Origin: Gemmatimonadota bacterium
Lineage (GTDB): Bacteria; Gemmatimonadota; Gemmatimonadetes; Gemmatimonadales; Gemmatimonadaceae
Assembly (NCBI GenBank): GCA_031372565.1
Contig: JANMLN010000186.1
Coordinates: 1 to 19,061 of the forward strand
Length of the DNA stretch: 19,061 bases
Reading direction: 5' to 3'
Below the pieces are notes generated by a model, which searched no databases, was not told the DNA's origin, and saw nothing but the letters and a program-made list of their open reading frames with translations. Within the stretch, counting starts at the first letter, position 1. Each line of letters begins with the position of its first letter. Shown here piece after piece: positions 17,361 through 19,061 of the stretch. The translations under genes were made by a program, and so were the position numbers.

Positions 17361-17395
17361 CGGGCTCTCCTTGGGCGAATCGCTGGTCGTTGGTC

Positions 17396-17423
17396 GGATT
17401 GACCGTACCTGCACGGTCAATCC
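17396..17423. promoter_or_regulatory. Perfect 11-bp inverted repeat in the leader of the lipoprotein operon (operator or RNA hairpin)
   Basis: GGATTGACCGT-acctgc-ACGGTCAATCC. Confidence 0.5.
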
Positions 17424-17486
17424 ACGAAGGGATGCCTGGCACCGCCGTGCGACGCTGCGCGCGTCAGAAGCGGCAGAGACCTTTTA

Positions 17487-17515
17487 CTTCTATCGAATGA
17501 GCGACAACTTGTCAA
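17487..17515 (-). promoter_or_regulatory. Sigma70-like promoter for the minus-strand three-gene operon
   Basis: Minus strand TTGACA (17515-17510), 17 nt, TAGAAG (17492-17487), in a locally AT-rich patch about 125 nt upstream of ATG 17360. Confidence 0.55.
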
Positions 17516-17885
17516 CGGGAGGAACTCCAATGCGGTTGGTGGCGAGCTTCCCGAGTTCCCACGACGCTGCGCTCCTGTCGAAGTGACGGACGGGTTCGAG
17601 GAAGGAGAAGCGACTTGTCGTCGCACCAGTTGTCGTCGCACGCGTTTCCCTCGGGATGTTGGCGCTGCGGCGACTGGTCGAGGGACGGGCGTCAGGTCGG
17701 AGGGTGGCCGAAGTTGCACGAGGTGCAGGCCGACATGCACCACGATGCGTGCGGAACGGGGCGCAACACGGGCCCTGCGGCACGGTACGCCGGCACACCT
17801 GAAGCCGACAGGGCACCGGGTTCGTCCCACCGGTACGCGCTCCTTATGCGTTCGGGCCCGGCGGCCCGGGGACCACAGCCGACAG

Positions 17886-18725
17886 CTACCGCTGCGCGGG
17901 CGTCGGATAACGTGTGAGCTTCTGCACGCGACAGTTGACGATCTTGCCTACCCACAGTTCGTCTTCGCTCGGGCAGGCGATCTGCTGCACCCAGCCGAAC
18001 TCGCCCGCCTTCTTGCCGGCCTCGCCCATGACGCCGAGCACCTTGCCGTCGAGGGTGAGCTTGTAGATGCGCTCCGGCACGGCGCCGGCGCTGTCGAGGT
18101 ACTGCGTGGGCCGCGGCGTGATGCAGATGGCCCACGGCGCGCCGCTCGTGGCCAGCGGGTTGGCGCCGGCGCGCGGCATGGCGTTGAAGAGGACGTTGGG
18201 CTCCTTGGTGTACGGCACATCAATGGTCATCACGCGGAGCAGCTTGCCCGTGGGGTCGAACACCTGGATGCGCCGGTTGGTCCGGTCGCCCTCGTAGATG
18301 TTCCCCTGCGCGTCGCTCGCGATCGTGTGCAGGATGTTGAACTGCCATGGCTCCTTGCCGCGCTCTCCCCACGTGGTGATCCAGCGCCCCTCGGGGCTCA
18401 CTTTCACCACGCGGGAGTTGGTGTATCCGTCGGCCACGAAGATGTTGCCGGCCAAGTCCCAGGTGACGTCGGTCGGGCTCGCGAACCCTCCCCAGCGCGG
18501 CGGCGGTGTGGGCGCGCCCGGCACGTGGGGCTCCGCTTCTTCCACCGCCTCGTCTCGCCGGCCGAGCACCAGGAGGAAGATACCGGAGGGGGAAAACGTC
18601 ACGATCATGTTCGTGCCTTCGTCCGACGTCCAGATTTTGCCGACGCGGCCCACGCGCACCGTGTTCGCGAAGGAGAACCCGTACAGTTCCTTCCCCATCT
18701 CGCGGATGAACCTCCCATCAGGAAA
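17886..18725 (-). pseudogene. 5'-truncated, decaying NHL-repeat protein of the peptidyl-alpha-hydroxyglycine alpha-amidating lyase (PAL)-like family
   Basis: PTDVTWDLAGNIFVADGYTNSRVVK, GDRTNRRIQVFD, GAPWAICIT. Similarity extends upstream to FPDGRFIREMGK, then meets an in-frame TGA with no signal peptide or first blade. Several substitutions at usually conserved sites. Confidence 0.75.
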
Positions 18726-18760
18726 GGAACGTCAATCGTTCGATTGGGGTCGGTCGACTC

Positions 18761-18797
18761 TTCGTCGAACGTTCGTCGAACGTTCGTCGAGCGTTCG
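18761..18797. repeat. 11-bp tandem repeat, about 3.4 copies
   Basis: TTCGTCGAACG TTCGTCGAACG TTCGTCGAGCG TTCG. Confidence 0.7.
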
Positions 18798-18922
18798 GCG
18801 CGATCGCCGACCTCGCCAGCGCCGCGTGACGGGCGGCGGCGTGCCCGGCGTCTCACACGCGCGCCGCGCGCGCCGCACGAGCGGAGGTCCGCGTGCGCCG
18901 CGCGGGTGCGGTGGTGCGGGAC

Positions 18923-19061
18923 TGAAGTGGCTCCGGTCTTCTGAACAGCCGGCTATGTAGACAGCAGGGCTCCCCGGGCGTTACATCGCCCTATCCCCAA
19001 GGAGCACCCCATGTCCCGTCGTCCCCGTCGCAATCACGCCCCCGCCTTCAAGGCCAAGAAG
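18923..19061 (+). mobile_element. Left end of an IS3-family insertion sequence, cut by the window end
   Basis: Begins TG (TGAAGTGGCTCCGGTCTTCTGAACAG), as IS3-family ends do, and is followed by AAGGAG and an OrfA-like start. Confidence 0.75.
19011..19061 (+). CDS. IS3-family transposase OrfA, N-terminal 17 codons
   Basis: AAGGAG RBS; MSRRPRRNHAPAFKAK matches the typical OrfA start (RRxHSxxFKAKVAL). Confidence 0.8.
   Translation, partial: MSRRPRRNHAPAFKAKK

Overview
High-GC bacterial DNA. The gene content is reminiscent of Gemmatimonadota or similar soil/aquatic lineages (inference only). The window starts with an apparent chimeric junction: a short FGGY/xylulokinase-like fragment joined out of frame to the C-terminal half of an acyl-CoA dehydrogenase. 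A tightly coupled five-gene operon follows (1083-7779): a selenocysteine (in-frame UGA + SECIS) formate dehydrogenase catalytic subunit lacking its own N-terminal Fe-S module, a NuoE-NuoF fusion, a separate Fe-S protein that is the missing N-terminal part of the FDH, fdhD, and an FMN alpha-hydroxy-acid oxidase. The middle holds a small membrane protein, a large secreted BNR/VPS10-like beta-propeller, DoxX- and DinB-family genes, and ten copies of a REP-like palindrome in tandem and REPIN-like arrangements. The right third is accessory DNA. It carries a minus-strand lipoprotein / secreted lipase-like hydrolase / PQQ-propeller lipoprotein operon whose first gene is frameshifted OFF by a C11 tract near its start (candidate phase variation), a decayed 5'-truncated NHL/PAL-like pseudogene, and the left end of an IS3-family element. 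All family calls are from motif recognition by eye; no searches were run.
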